Below, piece after piece: positions 1 through 10,907 of a stretch of DNA of 64,000 bases. Every line of letters starts with the position of its first letter. The first letter of the stretch is position 1. Both the position numbers and the translations under genes were made by a program. The notes beneath the pieces were generated by a model, which saw only the letters and a list, made by a program, of their open reading frames with translations, was not told where the DNA came from and ran no database searches. Source of the stretch: Microcoleus sp. (lineage in GTDB: Bacteria > Cyanobacteriota > Cyanobacteriia > Cyanobacteriales > Microcoleaceae); assembly GCA_052279835.1 (NCBI GenBank), contig CP181291.1, positions 5,888,001 through 5,952,000 on the forward strand. The letters run 5' to 3'.

Positions 1-1
1 A

Positions 2-409
2 ATTGCTCTCGGTTCGCAAACCAACCAAAACTTTGTTAGTATTCCTCACTCTCGATTAATTGAGATGTTGGAATACAAAGCTCGGTTGGTGGGAATCACA
101 GTAATTGTGCAGGAAGAATCCTTTACATCGCGGGCAAGTTTTTTGGGTTTAGACTCAATCCCTGTCTACGGGAAAACAGAAAAAGAGCCAATGTTTACAG
201 GGAAGCGTATTCAGCGAGGTTTGTACAAAACATCGACTGGTCAGTTAATCAATTCTGATATCAACGCTTCGTACAACATCCTCAGAAAAGCAATCCCAAA
301 TGCCTTCAGCGATGGGATAGAGAGCTGTGTAGTTCAGCCGAGGCGGGTTAATCCGCTCAAAGTAAAAGTGAAGAGGGAGGGACTTGAAGCCTCCCATGCC
401 TATAAATGA
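2..409 (+). CDS. tnpB: TnpB-family RNA-guided endonuclease (IS200/IS605/IS607 type), C-terminal part, 5'-truncated by window edge
   Basis: Frame is open from base 2: IALGSQTNQNFVSIPH..LEYKA..QEESFTSRASFL..GKRIQRGLY..INSDINASYNILRK, typical TnpB C-terminus. Confidence 0.9.
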   Translation: MALGSQTNQNFVSIPHSRLIEMLEYKARLVGITVIVQEESFTSRASFLGLDSIPVYGKTEKEPMFTGKRIQRGLYKTSTGQLINSDINASYNILRKAIPNAFSDGIESCVVQPRRVNPLKVKVKREGLEASHAYK

Positions 410-488
410 CTATACTTTTACCAGCTATAGATACACTCGACCTTAGCTTGAGTGGACTTGGAAGATTGACTTCACTGGAATTAGCATC

Positions 489-1733
489 TTGAATATTTTT
501 AGGGATATCGAACCTCAACCCAGACGCAATTTGCTGACTTTATTCACCACAGGTTTGCTCTTTTGGTCGAGTTTAGCCTCACTTTTGCCAACTTTGCCCC
601 TGTACGTCCAATCTGTAGGCGGTACAAAACAGCAAATTGGGTTTGTCATGGGTGCATTTGCGATCGGGCTTTTGCTGTCGAGGCCGCAGTTGGGCAAAAT
701 GGCTGATGCTACGGGGCGAAAACAAGTTTTGCTTTTAGGTACCTTGGTAGCTACTATTGCTCCTCTGTGCTACCTGTTCGCAAAATCTATTCCTTTACTG
801 TTATTAATCCGCGCTTTTCATGGCATTAGCATCGCCGCCTTTACCACAGCTTACAGTGCTTTGGTAACAGATTTGTCGCCACCAGGAAAGCGGGGTGAAT
901 TAATTGGTTACATGAGTTTGGCCACTCCGATTGGGATGGCATTTGGCCCGGCGATGGGCGGATTTTTGCAAGCATGGGTTGGGTATACTCCTTTGTTTGT
1001 AATGTCTGCATCTTTCGCTACAATGGCGGTAATTTGTACTTTTCAAATTGCGGAACCTAGTTGGGGAGATTTAGCAAAGCCGAATTTATTATCTGAGGAT
1101 AAAGACCAAAAAAAATATTGGCAAATGCTGTGGAATCCCCGCGTTCGGATTCCCGCTTTAGTCTTATTGTTGGTAGGTTTAGTTTTCGGAACTTTAAGCA
1201 CTTTTATGCCTTTGTTTGTGCAAGAAACTAAGGCTAATTTTAATCCTGGATTGTTTTACTCTACGGCGGCAATTGCTAGTTTTGGTATGCGATTAGTCAC
1301 GGGAAGGGCTTCCGATAAATACGGACGGGGCTTGTTTATTTCTGGTGGCTTAATCTGTTACTGCTTTTCTATGTTTTTATTGTATTTAGCTAACAACAGC
1401 AGTGCTTTTTTAATCGCAGCTTTGGTTGAAGGTTGTGCCGGTGGTACGGTTTTACCGATGATGGTAACGTTGATGTCTGACAGGTGCGAACCTCAAGAAA
1501 GGGGCCGATTGTTTTCGCTTTGTATTGGCGGGTTTGATTTGGGAATCGCGATCGCAGGACCGACTTTAGGTTTTGTGGCCGAACAAGTTGGCTATAGAAA
1601 TATGTTTGCTTTCGCGGCTGGACTTGCCTGTTTGGCTTTGGTGATTTTTGTTACTCAGTGTAGCAAAGATTTGTCTCATTCCGTCAGGTTTGCTATGGGT
1701 AGAGGCAAAGATGTTTATGCTTTGAATGGTTGA
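489..1733 (+). CDS. MFS transporter
   Basis: About 12 hydrophobic segments; motif A GKMADATGRK and repeat GRASDKYGR. Confidence 0.9.
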   Translation: MNIFRDIEPQPRRNLLTLFTTGLLFWSSLASLLPTLPLYVQSVGGTKQQIGFVMGAFAIGLLLSRPQLGKMADATGRKQVLLLGTLVATIAPLCYLFAKSIPLLLLIRAFHGISIAAFTTAYSALVTDLSPPGKRGELIGYMSLATPIGMAFGPAMGGFLQAWVGYTPLFVMSASFATMAVICTFQIAEPSWGDLAKPNLLSEDKDQKKYWQMLWNPRVRIPALVLLLVGLVFGTLSTFMPLFVQETKANFNPGLFYSTAAIASFGMRLVTGRASDKYGRGLFISGGLICYCFSMFLLYLANNSSAFLIAALVEGCAGGTVLPMMVTLMSDRCEPQERGRLFSLCIGGFDLGIAIAGPTLGFVAEQVGYRNMFAFAAGLACLALVIFVTQCSKDLSHSVRFAMGRGKDVYALNG

Positions 1734-1746
1734 ATGAAGAAATTAA

Positions 1747-1797
1747 AAAAGTTATGAGTTTTGAATCCTGATTTGGAATCCAAAACTCATAACTTTT
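1747..1797. terminator. Hairpin between convergent MFS gene and tRNA-Arg
   Basis: AAAAGTTATGAGTTTTG...CAAAACTCATAACTTTT inverted repeat. Confidence 0.65.
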
Positions 1798-1802
1798 GAT
1801 GA

Positions 1803-1876
1803 TGGGCTTGGAGGGATTCGAACCCCCGACCTCATGGTTCGTAGCCATGCACTCTATCCAACTAAGCTACAAGCCC
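1803..1876 (-). tRNA. tRNA-Arg(ACG)
   Basis: Reverse complement GGGCTTGTAGCTTAGTTGGATAGAGTG-CATGG-CTACGAA-CCATG-AGGTCGGGGGTTCGAATCCCTCCAAGCCCA folds as a cloverleaf with anticodon ACG. Confidence 0.97.
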
Positions 1877-1954
1877 CTGTTGAGTCCAGATTTAATCTAA
1901 GATTGATTAAGTTCTTTTCCCACAGAATCTAACAGTAACACCATTTTCAAAATA

Positions 1955-2476
1955 ATGCAAGACCTTTCGCCAAATTTTTCTAAATTGCCCGATCGCCCAC
2001 AGCTAACTCACCTCAATAATAGCGGTGAAGCCCAAATGGTGGACGTTTCAGCTAAGGTGGCTACAGCGCGTCAAGCTGTGGCGGCTGCGATGGTGCGGAT
2101 GTTACCGGAGACTTTCGCGGCGATTGAAGCTGGGAATGCACCCAAAGGTGATGTGTTGGGTACTGCGCGCTTGGCGGGAATTATGGCGGCGAAGCAGACG
2201 GCGAATTTGATTCCTCTGTGTCATCCTCTACCGCTAAGTAGTGTGGAGGTGCTGGTGATACCGGATGCTGAGTTGCCGGGGTATGAAATTCGGGCTACGG
2301 TGAAAATTAAGGCGGAAACTGGGGTGGAAATGGAGGCGCTGACGGCGGTTTCGGTGGCGGCGCTGACTTTGTATGATATGGCGAAAGGGTTAGAAAAGTC
2401 GATCGCCATTGAATCAATTCGACTTGTGAGTAAAACTGGTGGCAAATCTGGCGATTATCAGAATTTAGAGGCATAA
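1955..2476 (+). CDS. moaC: Cyclic pyranopterin monophosphate synthase MoaC
   Basis: [45 protein letters not shown] motifs. Confidence 0.97.
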   Translation: MQDLSPNFSKLPDRPQLTHLNNSGEAQMVDVSAKVATARQAVAAAMVRMLPETFAAIEAGNAPKGDVLGTARLAGIMAAKQTANLIPLCHPLPLSSVEVLVIPDAELPGYEIRATVKIKAETGVEMEALTAVSVAALTLYDMAKGLEKSIAIESIRLVSKTGGKSGDYQNLEA

Positions 2477-2564
2477 TTTTTCTGTCGGGAGAGGGATGCA
2501 GCATTCAAAATGCTGCATTTATGCTTAGAATAGGCACTGAACTACTAACATACAGTGAAAAACT

Positions 2565-2822
2565 ATGCCTCCTCGTTGGCCCCGTAAACCCGATCGCAAT
2601 GACCCAGAATACCGCCAATTAGATGATCGGATGAATTTTGCGATTCATGTAGGTCTTTTTTCGGCTTTAAATTCCGGTTTGTGGTTTGTTCACAATTTAC
2701 AGAAGGCCGATTGGCCTTGGGCGGTTTCGGTAACGGGTGGGTGGGCTCTAGTAGTTTTGGCCCACGCGATTTTCATTTTTGCGATCGCCGATTATTCCCC
2801 CCTAACCAAAGATTCTGGTTGA
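2565..2822 (+). CDS. Small 2TM-domain cyanobacterial membrane protein
   Basis: MPPRWPRKPDR..YR.LDDRMNFA.H start followed by two hydrophobic helices. Confidence 0.8.
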   Translation: MPPRWPRKPDRNDPEYRQLDDRMNFAIHVGLFSALNSGLWFVHNLQKADWPWAVSVTGGWALVVLAHAIFIFAIADYSPLTKDSG

Positions 2823-2886
2823 AGGGAGTTGTCGGCGATTTGTTAACTGTTGTGAATGATAACAAATTAAGTTTTTGGTTTTTAAT

Positions 2887-3192
2887 ATGGCTAATACTAC
2901 GACAAGAGCGATCGATTCTTTAGCAGCCGAAATCGGCGAAAATGTCTATATTGACATTGCTAAGTGGCATTTATATCTGAAAGATGCCCACCTCGATAAG
3001 GTGGTTGCTGAACAACTTTATTCCTTGCTGGAAGATGGCAATTTAGATGCCAACAGAGTTGCACAAGTTTTGCAAAGTATTCCCGTTAAGTTAGGTGCTG
3101 GTAAGCGGGAAGTGCCGTTAGCTGATTTGATTCCGATGCAGTGTCAAGTTCAGTTAATGGATGTTTTGGAGGAATTTCAGCGGAAGATGTGA
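2887..3192 (+). CDS. DUF3181 family protein
   Basis: LAAEIGENVYIDIAKWHLYL.DA motif; ATG at 2887 preferred. Confidence 0.8.
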   Translation: MANTTTRAIDSLAAEIGENVYIDIAKWHLYLKDAHLDKVVAEQLYSLLEDGNLDANRVAQVLQSIPVKLGAGKREVPLADLIPMQCQVQLMDVLEEFQRKM

Positions 3193-3215
3193 TATCAATT
3201 GTTGATTTGGGTTTA

Positions 3216-3256
3216 AGTGCGATCGCCCTTAATTTTACTTAAGGGCGATCGCACTT
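3216..3256. terminator. Hairpin between convergent genes, stem built from two HIP1 sites
   Basis: AAGTGCGATCGCCCTTAA-TTTTAC-TTAAGGGCGATCGCACTT. Confidence 0.7.
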
Positions 3257-4189
3257 TCTTTATCTCAATTCCCTAAATCAGCCGGAAATTAGCAGCGGTA
3301 ATCGTATTAGCACTGACTCCAAACATCACAGCTAAATCCTGCCCTGTTAAGACATTTTTGATCAGAGTTCCCTGATTATTTTGAGTTATTGCTAACTGAT
3401 TAAAACTCAAACCTCCGGTCAATCCAATAAAATCTTGACCGACAGTAAAATCACCGATAATGTCAAATCCTTCACCGGATTTTAAGACAAAGATATCGTT
3501 ACCGCTACCGCCAATCAAACTATCATTACCCAATTCTCCGTAAAGAATATCGTCACCCTTTCCGCCAGTCAGAGTATCGTTGTCGTCACCTCCGTACAGG
3601 GTGTCATTTCCTTCGCACCCTCCCAGAATATCTGCTTGTTCATTCCCTCTGATAAAATCATCACCAGCGCCGCCACATATAGTATCCGAACCCTCATTTC
3701 CAAGCAGGGAGTCATTACCTTCACTACCAAGGATGATGTCAGCACCTTTACCTCCAAATAAGGTGTCATTACCTTTGCCACCATCGATAAAGTCATCATT
3801 TCGATTCCCATAAACAATGTCATCACCTTCGCGGCTATTTAGGGAGTCATTGCCTTTGCCTCCAAAGATTAAATCCTTGCCCAATTCGCCCAAAATGATG
3901 TCGTTTCCTTCATCTCCAAATAGGGTGTCATCGCCTTTGCCACCGCTGATAAAATCATTGCCTTCATTGCCGTTGAATATGTCGCGACTATCGCCACCAT
4001 ATAAGTTGTCATCCCCGGATTTGGCATCGAATATATTGCCCCTGTTGCTACCGAGTAATTGATCGTTTTTAGCAGTACCTATTTGAATGTTGGATACACC
4101 GAGTATGGTGTTTTCAACTGAATTCGGTTGGTTTAAATTGGGATAGGAAATGTCATCGCAGATACAGTCATCGTTGGGAATGTTGTTGG

Positions 4190-5210
4190 TTGTTGGAGTC
4201 GGTGTTCCCGATGGAGTCGGTGTCGGTGTATCTGTTCCCGATGGAGTTGGGGTTCCCGATGGAGTCGGTGTCGGTGTCGGTGTATCTGTTGCCGATGGAG
4301 TTGGTGTCGGTGTATCTGTTCCCGTTGGAGTCGGTGTTCCCGATGGAGTTGGGGTTCCCGATGGAGTCGGTGTTCCCGATGGAGTTGGTGTCGGTGTATC
4401 TGTTCCCGTTGGAGTCGGTGTTCCCGATGGAGTCGGTGTTCCCGATGGAGTCGGTGTCGGTGTATCTGTTTCCCGATGGCGTGGGTGTTCCCGATGGAGT
4501 TGGGGTTCCCGATGGCGTGGGTGTTCCCGATGGAGTTGGGGTTCCCGATGGCGTGGGTGTTCCCGATGGAGTCGGTGTTCCCGATGGAGTTGGGGTTCCC
4601 GATGGAGTCGGTGTTGCCGATGGAGTCGGTGTTCCCGATGGAGTCGGTGTTGCCGATGGAGTCGGTGTTCCCGATGGAGTCGGTGTTCCCGATGGAGTCG
4701 GTGTTCCCGATGGAGTCGGTGTTCCCGATGGAGTTGGGGTTCCCGATGGAGTTGGGGTTCCCGATGGCGTGGGTGTTCCCGATGGAGTTGGGGTTCCCGA
4801 TGGAGTCGGTGTTGCCGATGGAGTCGGTGTTCCCGATGGCGTGGGTGTTCCCGATGGCGTGGGTGTTCCCGATGGAGTTGGGGTTCCCGATGGCGTGGGT
4901 GTTCCCGATGGAGTTGGGGTTCCCGATGGCGTGGGTGTTCCCGATGGAGTTGGGGTTCCCGATGGAGTCGGTGTTGCCGATGGAGTCGGTGTTCCCGATG
5001 GCGTGGGTGTTCCCGATGGCGTGGGTGTTCCCGATGGCGTGGGTGTTCCCGATGGCGTGGGTGTTCCCGATGGAGTCGGTGTTCCCGATGGAGTTGGGGT
5101 TGTTACCGGAGTTGGTGTTCCCGATGGAGTTGGGGTTGTTACCGGAGTTGGTGTTCCCGATGGAGTTGGGGTTGTTACCGGAGTTGGTGTTCCCGATGGA
5201 GTTGGGGTGG
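4190..5210 (-). repeat. Intragenic 18-bp tandem repeat encoding TPSGTP
   Basis: Dozens of GGAGTYGGKGTTCCCGAT-like units. Confidence 0.95.
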
Positions 5211-5599
5211 TGACAGGTGCGGCAATATTCACACTAAAATTACCTAAACTGCTAGCAGCAGACAAATTGCCAACAGTATCCCTCACCTGCGATGCTTGCA
5301 AATTAACTGTGTAAGTACCGTTGTCAGCATTATTCCAAGTTCCACCAGGTGGAATAAACGAATATGTGGCTGTGCGGGGCGTACCGTTGCTATTAGGAGT
5401 GGCACTAACAAAGCTAGCAGGAATAGCACCACCTGACCAATTTACAACAACATCAGAATTATCTAAGCTGCTAACATCAACTCCACTACTATCGCTGAAA
5501 GTAACTGTCAATGTCTGAGTTGTACCACCTGCTGTAGTAATGTTAGAAATTGCTGCCAAGTTAGGAGTAGGTGGGATGACATCAATAATCGGTATCGTG

Positions 5600-7600
5600 A
5601 TATTAGCAGTACGAGTTAGTTGAGTGGCTGCGGTGTTATTGTTACCCGCAGCATCTGTGGCTTTAGCTATGGGAATATCAACTGTGACATTACCGCTAAC
5701 AGTAGGTGTGACATCAAATGTGTAAGTTGTGGCATTAACTTGAACGAAGTTTCCGACAGCAGCATTGGCTACGGTAATATCAGTAGTATCAAAGTCGGTG
5801 ACATTTTCACTGAAGGTAGCGGTGACGCTAAATAAGCCAGTTACTGTTGTTGGTGAGGTGGATGTGAGGGCTACTGTAGGTGCGGAGATATCGGCGGTGC
5901 GAACAAGTTGGGCGGCTGCGGTATTGTTGTTACCTGCTGTATCAATCGCTGTAGCTGCGGGAATATCTACGGTGACATTGCCAGTGGCAGTTGGTGTAAC
6001 TGTGAAAGTATAAGTTGTACCAGTACCTGTAAATCCGCTAACAGTGCCGTTAGCAACAGTTACGTCAGAGTCAGTAAATCCTGTGACGTCTTCGCTGAAG
6101 GTTGCTGTGACTAAAAATGGTGCGTTTGTGTTGGTTGGTGATGTTGATGTGAGGGCTACTGTGGGTGCAACAGTATCGGCTGTGCGAACAAGTTGAGTGG
6201 CTGCGGTGTTATTGTTACCTGCTGTATCTGTGGCGGAAGCTGCTGGGATATCTACGGTGACATTGCCAGTTGCAGTTGGTGTAACTGTGAAAGTATAAGT
6301 TGTACCGCTACCTGTAAATCCGCTCACAGTGCCGTTAGCAACAGTTACGTCAGTGTCGATAAATCCTGTGACGGTTTCGCTGAAGGTTGCTGTGACGATA
6401 AATGGTGCGTTTGTGTTGGTTGGTGATGTTGATGTGAGGGCTACTGTGGGTGCGGCAATATCGGCTGTGCGAGTTAATTGAGTGGCGGCGGTATTGCTAT
6501 TACCAACGGTGTCAATCGCTGTAGCTGCGGGAATATCTACGGTGACAGTGCCAGTGGCTGTTGGTGTAACTGTAAAACTATAAGTTGTACCAGTACCTGT
6601 AAATCCACTAACAGTTCCGTTAGCAACAGTTACGTCAGTGTCGATAAATCCTGTGACATCTTCACTGAAGGTTGCTGTTACTAGGAATGGTGCGTTTGTG
6701 TTGGTTGGGGATGCGGATGTTAAGGTGACAGTAGGCGGTGTAATGTCGGCGGTGCGAACAAGTTGAGTGGCTGCGGTATTGCTATTACCAATGGTGTCAA
6801 TGGCTGTAGCTGCGGGAATATCTACGGTGACATTGCCAGTTGCTGTTGGTGTAACGGTGAAATCATAAGTTGTGCCAGTACCTGTGAATCCGCTAACAGT
6901 TCCGTTAACAACATTCACGTCAGTTGTAGTAAATCCTGTGACGGTTTCGCTGAAGGTTGCTGTGACTAGGAATGGTGCGTTTGTGGTGGTTGGGGATGTT
7001 GATGTTAAGACAACAGTAGGCGGTGTAATGTCGGCGGTGCGAACAAGTTGAGTGGCTGCGGTATTGCTATTACCAATGGTGTCAATGGCTGTAGCTGCGG
7101 GAATATCTACGGTGACATTGCCAGTTGCTGTTGGTGTAACGGTGAAATCATAAGTTGTGCCAGTACCTGTGAATCCGCTAACAGTTCCGTTAACAACATT
7201 CACGTCAGTTGTAGTAAATCCTGTGACGGTTTCGCTGAAGGTTGCTGTGACTAGGAATGGTGCGTTTGTGGTGGTTGGGGATGTTGATGTTAAGACAACA
7301 GTAGGCGGTGTAATGTCGGCAGTGCGAACAATTTGAGGGGCGGGGGCATTGTAGTTGCCAGCGGTATCAATCGCTGTAGCTGCTGGGAGATCTACGGTGA
7401 CATCGCCACTAGCTGTTGGTATAACGGTAAAACTATAATTTCTACCGCTACTTGTTGTAAATCCGCTAACAGTGCCGTTACCAACATTGATGTCAGTGGC
7501 GATAAATCCTGTGACGTCTTCGCTGAAGTCTACGAAGACTAAGAATGGTGCGTTTATGGTGGTTAGGGGTGAGTCGGGTGTGAGGAATACTATGGGTGCA
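5600..7600 (-). repeat. Seven ~285-bp tandem Ig-like domain repeats; two adjacent copies appear identical
   Basis: ADITPPTV.LTSTSP..TNAPF.VTATFSE.VTGF repeats; shadow ORFs 6763..6969 and 7048..7254 are identical and 285 bp apart. Confidence 0.9.
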
Positions 7601-8559
7601 ACGGTATCAATTACTAAAGCTTTGTTGGCACCCAATGAGTTGGCTGCACCGGGAGTTGGCAATGTTAAGATGGCATCACCATTGGTGGCATTTTTAATCG
7701 TACCGCCGCTTAAAGATAGGGCGGTGGTGGAAAGATAGTCTAAGTCGGGAGTGTTATCTCCGGCTGCGATTGTGTAGCGAAAAGTGAGAGTGTTGGTGCC
7801 GGTACCTGAGAGATAATTAGCCACAGGTGTTGCACTTGCTAAAGTTAGTTGCGGTGTACCGTTAACGTTGACTATTTCAGAGAATTGAACGGTGATGTCG
7901 ATGTTTGTGCCGATACCGTAAGTCCCGTTTGGGGTGGCTGCGCTGACGCTGGTAATGGTGGGGACGGGATTAACGGTGATGTTGGCGGTTTCTGTTGCAC
8001 TGCTGAATACGCTGGAGGTAGTGTTGGTGCTTCTGTCTGCGGTGTAGTTGACGGTAGTGCCATTGCTGCCGGTGATTTGATTCATTTGATCCCAGGCGGC
8101 AAAGGTGATGGCGTTGGTGACAGTGCCGTTGAAACCTGGGTTGGGTACAAATCTGAGCCTGGTGTTGGCATCACTGGCTAGGGGTAAGGCGCTGGTGGGG
8201 GAAACGGCTGGGGCGTTTGTCCAGGTTGTGCCGCCGTTGATGGTGTATTGCCATGTGCCGTTGGCGGTGTCTAGGCCCGTGAGGGCGATGCCTCTTAAGA
8301 GGCTGGCGTTGGGATCGGTGATGCCTGTGCCACCGAGGTTGGTGATGATGGTGCTGATGAGGGTGCCTGTGCTGGCGCTGTCGTTTTGGTTTTGAGGGTT
8401 GAGGATGGGGGTGCCGCTGTTGTCGAGGGTGGGGGAGTCGTTGATTAAGACGGTGACGGTGGTGGGGATGGAAACAACGCCGTCGGTGGCGGTGTATTGG
8501 AATGTGTCTTCACCGTTGAAGTTGGAGTTTGGGGTGTAGAGGATGTTGCGCGCTTTGTC

Positions 8560-9600
8560 TATAGTTATGGCATCGATCGTACTATTCGGATTCGGGTTGA
8601 AGGTGGGATCGGCGGCACCAGTTGTGGGGTTTAATTTGGCGATATAGGTGCGGGGTAGTCCGCCGATGTTGTTGAAACTGCCGCGCACTATAAGGTTGCC
8701 GCTGCTGTCTGGGGCGATCGCACTGACTACATTATTCGCATTCGGGTTGAAGGTAGCATCGGCGGCACCAGTTGTGGGGTTTAATTTGGCGATTCCGCTG
8801 CGGACTTGTCCGCCGATGTTGTTGAAAAAGCCTCCTACTATGGGGTTGCCGCTGCTGTCTAGGGCGATCGCAAAGACTGCATTATTCGCATTCGGGTTGA
8901 AGGTGGGATCGGCGGCACCAGTTGTGGGGTTTAATTTGGCGATTCCGCTGCGGGGTTGTCCGCCGATGTTGCTGAAATCGCCGCCCACTATGGGGTTGCC
9001 GCTGCTGTCTAGGGCGATCGCTCTGACTGCATTATTCGGATTCGGGCTGAAGGTGGGATCTACCGCACCAGTTGTGGGGTTTAATTTGGCGATTCTGAGG
9101 CGGGTTTGTCCGCCGATGTTGGTGAAAAGGCCGCCCACTATGGGGTTGCCGCTGCTGTCTAGGGCGATCGCTATGACTGCATTATCCGGATTCGGGCTGA
9201 AGGTGGGATCTACCGCACCAGTTGTGGGGTTTAATTTGGCGATTCTGAGGCGGGTTTGTCCGCCGATGTTGGTGAAAAAGCCGCCTACTATGGGGTTGCC
9301 GCTGCTGTCTAGGGCGATCGCATGGACTGCATTATTCGCATTCGGGTTGAAGGTGGGATCGGGGGCACCAGTTGTGGGGTTTAATTTGGCGATTCCGCTG
9401 CGGGGTTGTCCGCCGATGTTGCTGAAATCGCCGCCCACTATAAGGTTGCCGCTGCTGTCTATGGCGATCGCTCTGACTACACTATTCGCATTCGAGTTGA
9501 AGGTGGCATCTGCCGTGCCATTGCTATTCAACCGAGCAATTCTGCTGAGTCCAACTCCGCCGATGTTGGTGAAACCGCCGCCGACATAAATCCAGTCATT
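8560..9600 (-). repeat. Seven 150-bp (50-aa) delta-60-like propeller repeats
   Basis: DPTFNPN.NN.V.AIALDSSGN.IVGG.F.NIGG..R..IAKLNPTTGA units. Confidence 0.85.
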
Positions 9601-10580
9601 AATAATCGCGGTGCCGTTGGTGGGGGGGATGAAGATGCTTTGTACTGAGGCGCGCCCGATCGCTATGTCGTTGGCGAGTACGTCGATGCTGACAGAGGGC
9701 GAGTTGACTGTAACGGCTTTGGTGTCTGGGTTGCCGGTGGCTAGGATGTGGCTGTAAGTTTTGAGGGTGGTTTCGGTGAGGGCTAGTTGGGGCTTTTGCG
9801 TTGATGGGGGGATGAGTTGGGGGATGTCCCAAGTGCCGCCGAGTGCGCTGTTACCTGTAGGTTGGGAGTTGGCGCTGATGTTTGCGCCTGTGAGTTGGTG
9901 CAGTTGAGTCAGGAATTTGTGTCCTCTGTCTCCGGCTGCTACGTTGCATCCATATAAGATGATGTTGGCGTTTTCAGTGAGGCTGTTGCGCCAGTGTTGC
10001 AATTGGTGGCTGTAGTTTTGGATGTTGTTGCTGTTGAGTTCTGTTGTGCCTAGGTACAGGCTGCCAGAATCTCCGTGGGTGATGATGTGGAGAGTTTCGA
10101 TGCCTCTATGCTGAGCTAGGATTGTGGTGATTTGCTCTACGGCATCGGGCTGGCTTTTGAGGATGTAGGTGGCGGTGTGGGGTTTGATGCCCTGGGCTAT
10201 ATGCTGGCTATCGGGTATTGTGGGGTCAAGGATGACGATGGAGTTTGGTTGGTTGCTTTAGCAACCAACCAAACTCGCGATATTTTTATTTAGTGAGCGG
10301 TTAATTTTAGGTAGAGTTTTCATGGTTTTTTGCTTTTAATGTAGTTCGTAGTTTTTGAGTCGGGAGATGACCCCGATTTGATTCTGGTTTGTGATATTTC
10401 TACCTGGTGGTGGATGACACTCGCCGATCGCGATGAGTAATATCAAAAGGGTAAGGAAAACACTTCAAACCGGGACAAGGGCTCGAAACCTTTGTTTTGT
10501 AGGGCTTATGCCAATTTTTTATGAGGCTGCATAGAATGCGATCCCCCCTAGCCAAGAGGGCGGGCACGGGGGCACCGCCC

Positions 10581-10907
10581 AGGGCTGTTTCATTCTCAGG
10601 TAGGGGCCGCCCCCCGTGGCTGCCCCAATCTCTGAAACACATACAAAATCGTGGACACGGAGGGCGGGCACGGGGGCACCGCCCCTACAAAACGATGATT
10701 TACCTGAGAATGAAACAGCCCTGGGGCACGGCCCCTACTAAGGGCAGGGCTGTTTCATTCTTTGTAGGGGCAATCCCCCCCTGGTTGCCCCAATCTCTGA
10801 AACACATACAAAATCGTGGACACGGAGGGCGGGCACGGGGGCACCGCCCCTACAAAACGATGATTTACCTGAGAATGAAACAGCCCTGGGGCACGGCCCC
10901 TACTAAG
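10581..10907. mobile_element. Tandem pair (165-bp period) of 142-bp MITE-like elements enclosing REP-like hairpins
   Basis: Terminal inverted repeats AGGGCTGTTTCATTCT(CAGGT)/(ACCTG)AGAATGAAACAGCCCT at 10581-10722 and 10746-10887; internal GGGCGGGCACGGGGGCACCGCCCCTAC. Confidence 0.75.

Larger units (their letters stand above)
3273..10323 (-). pseudogene. Giant secreted protein (about 2350 aa if intact): DUF4347, Ig-like domain with inserted delta-60-type propeller, Ig-like repeats, Pro/Thr/Ser linker, RTX Ca-binding C-terminus. Interrupted by an in-frame TAA (10258-10260) and a +1 frameshift (~4471)
   Basis: ATG at 10323 is in frame with ORF 4168..10002 ([32 protein letters not shown] = DUF4347). 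An extra base at ~4471 shifts the PT linker away from the frame that continues into the GGxGND repeats of ORF 3273..3893. Confidence 0.85.

Noticed and set aside
4150..5314. Long plus-strand ORFs (SRW/C-rich, VGVPDG, MES repeats)
   Set aside because: Shadow frames of the 18-bp TPSGTP repeat of the minus-strand gene
5321..9832. Many short ORFs overlapping the giant gene, including Cys-rich 68-aa repeats
   Set aside because: Antisense or alternative frames of the Ig and propeller repeats; same periodicity as the real gene
10581..10907. Possible CRISPR array
   Set aside because: Only two long units with near-identical interiors; no unique spacers and no cas genes
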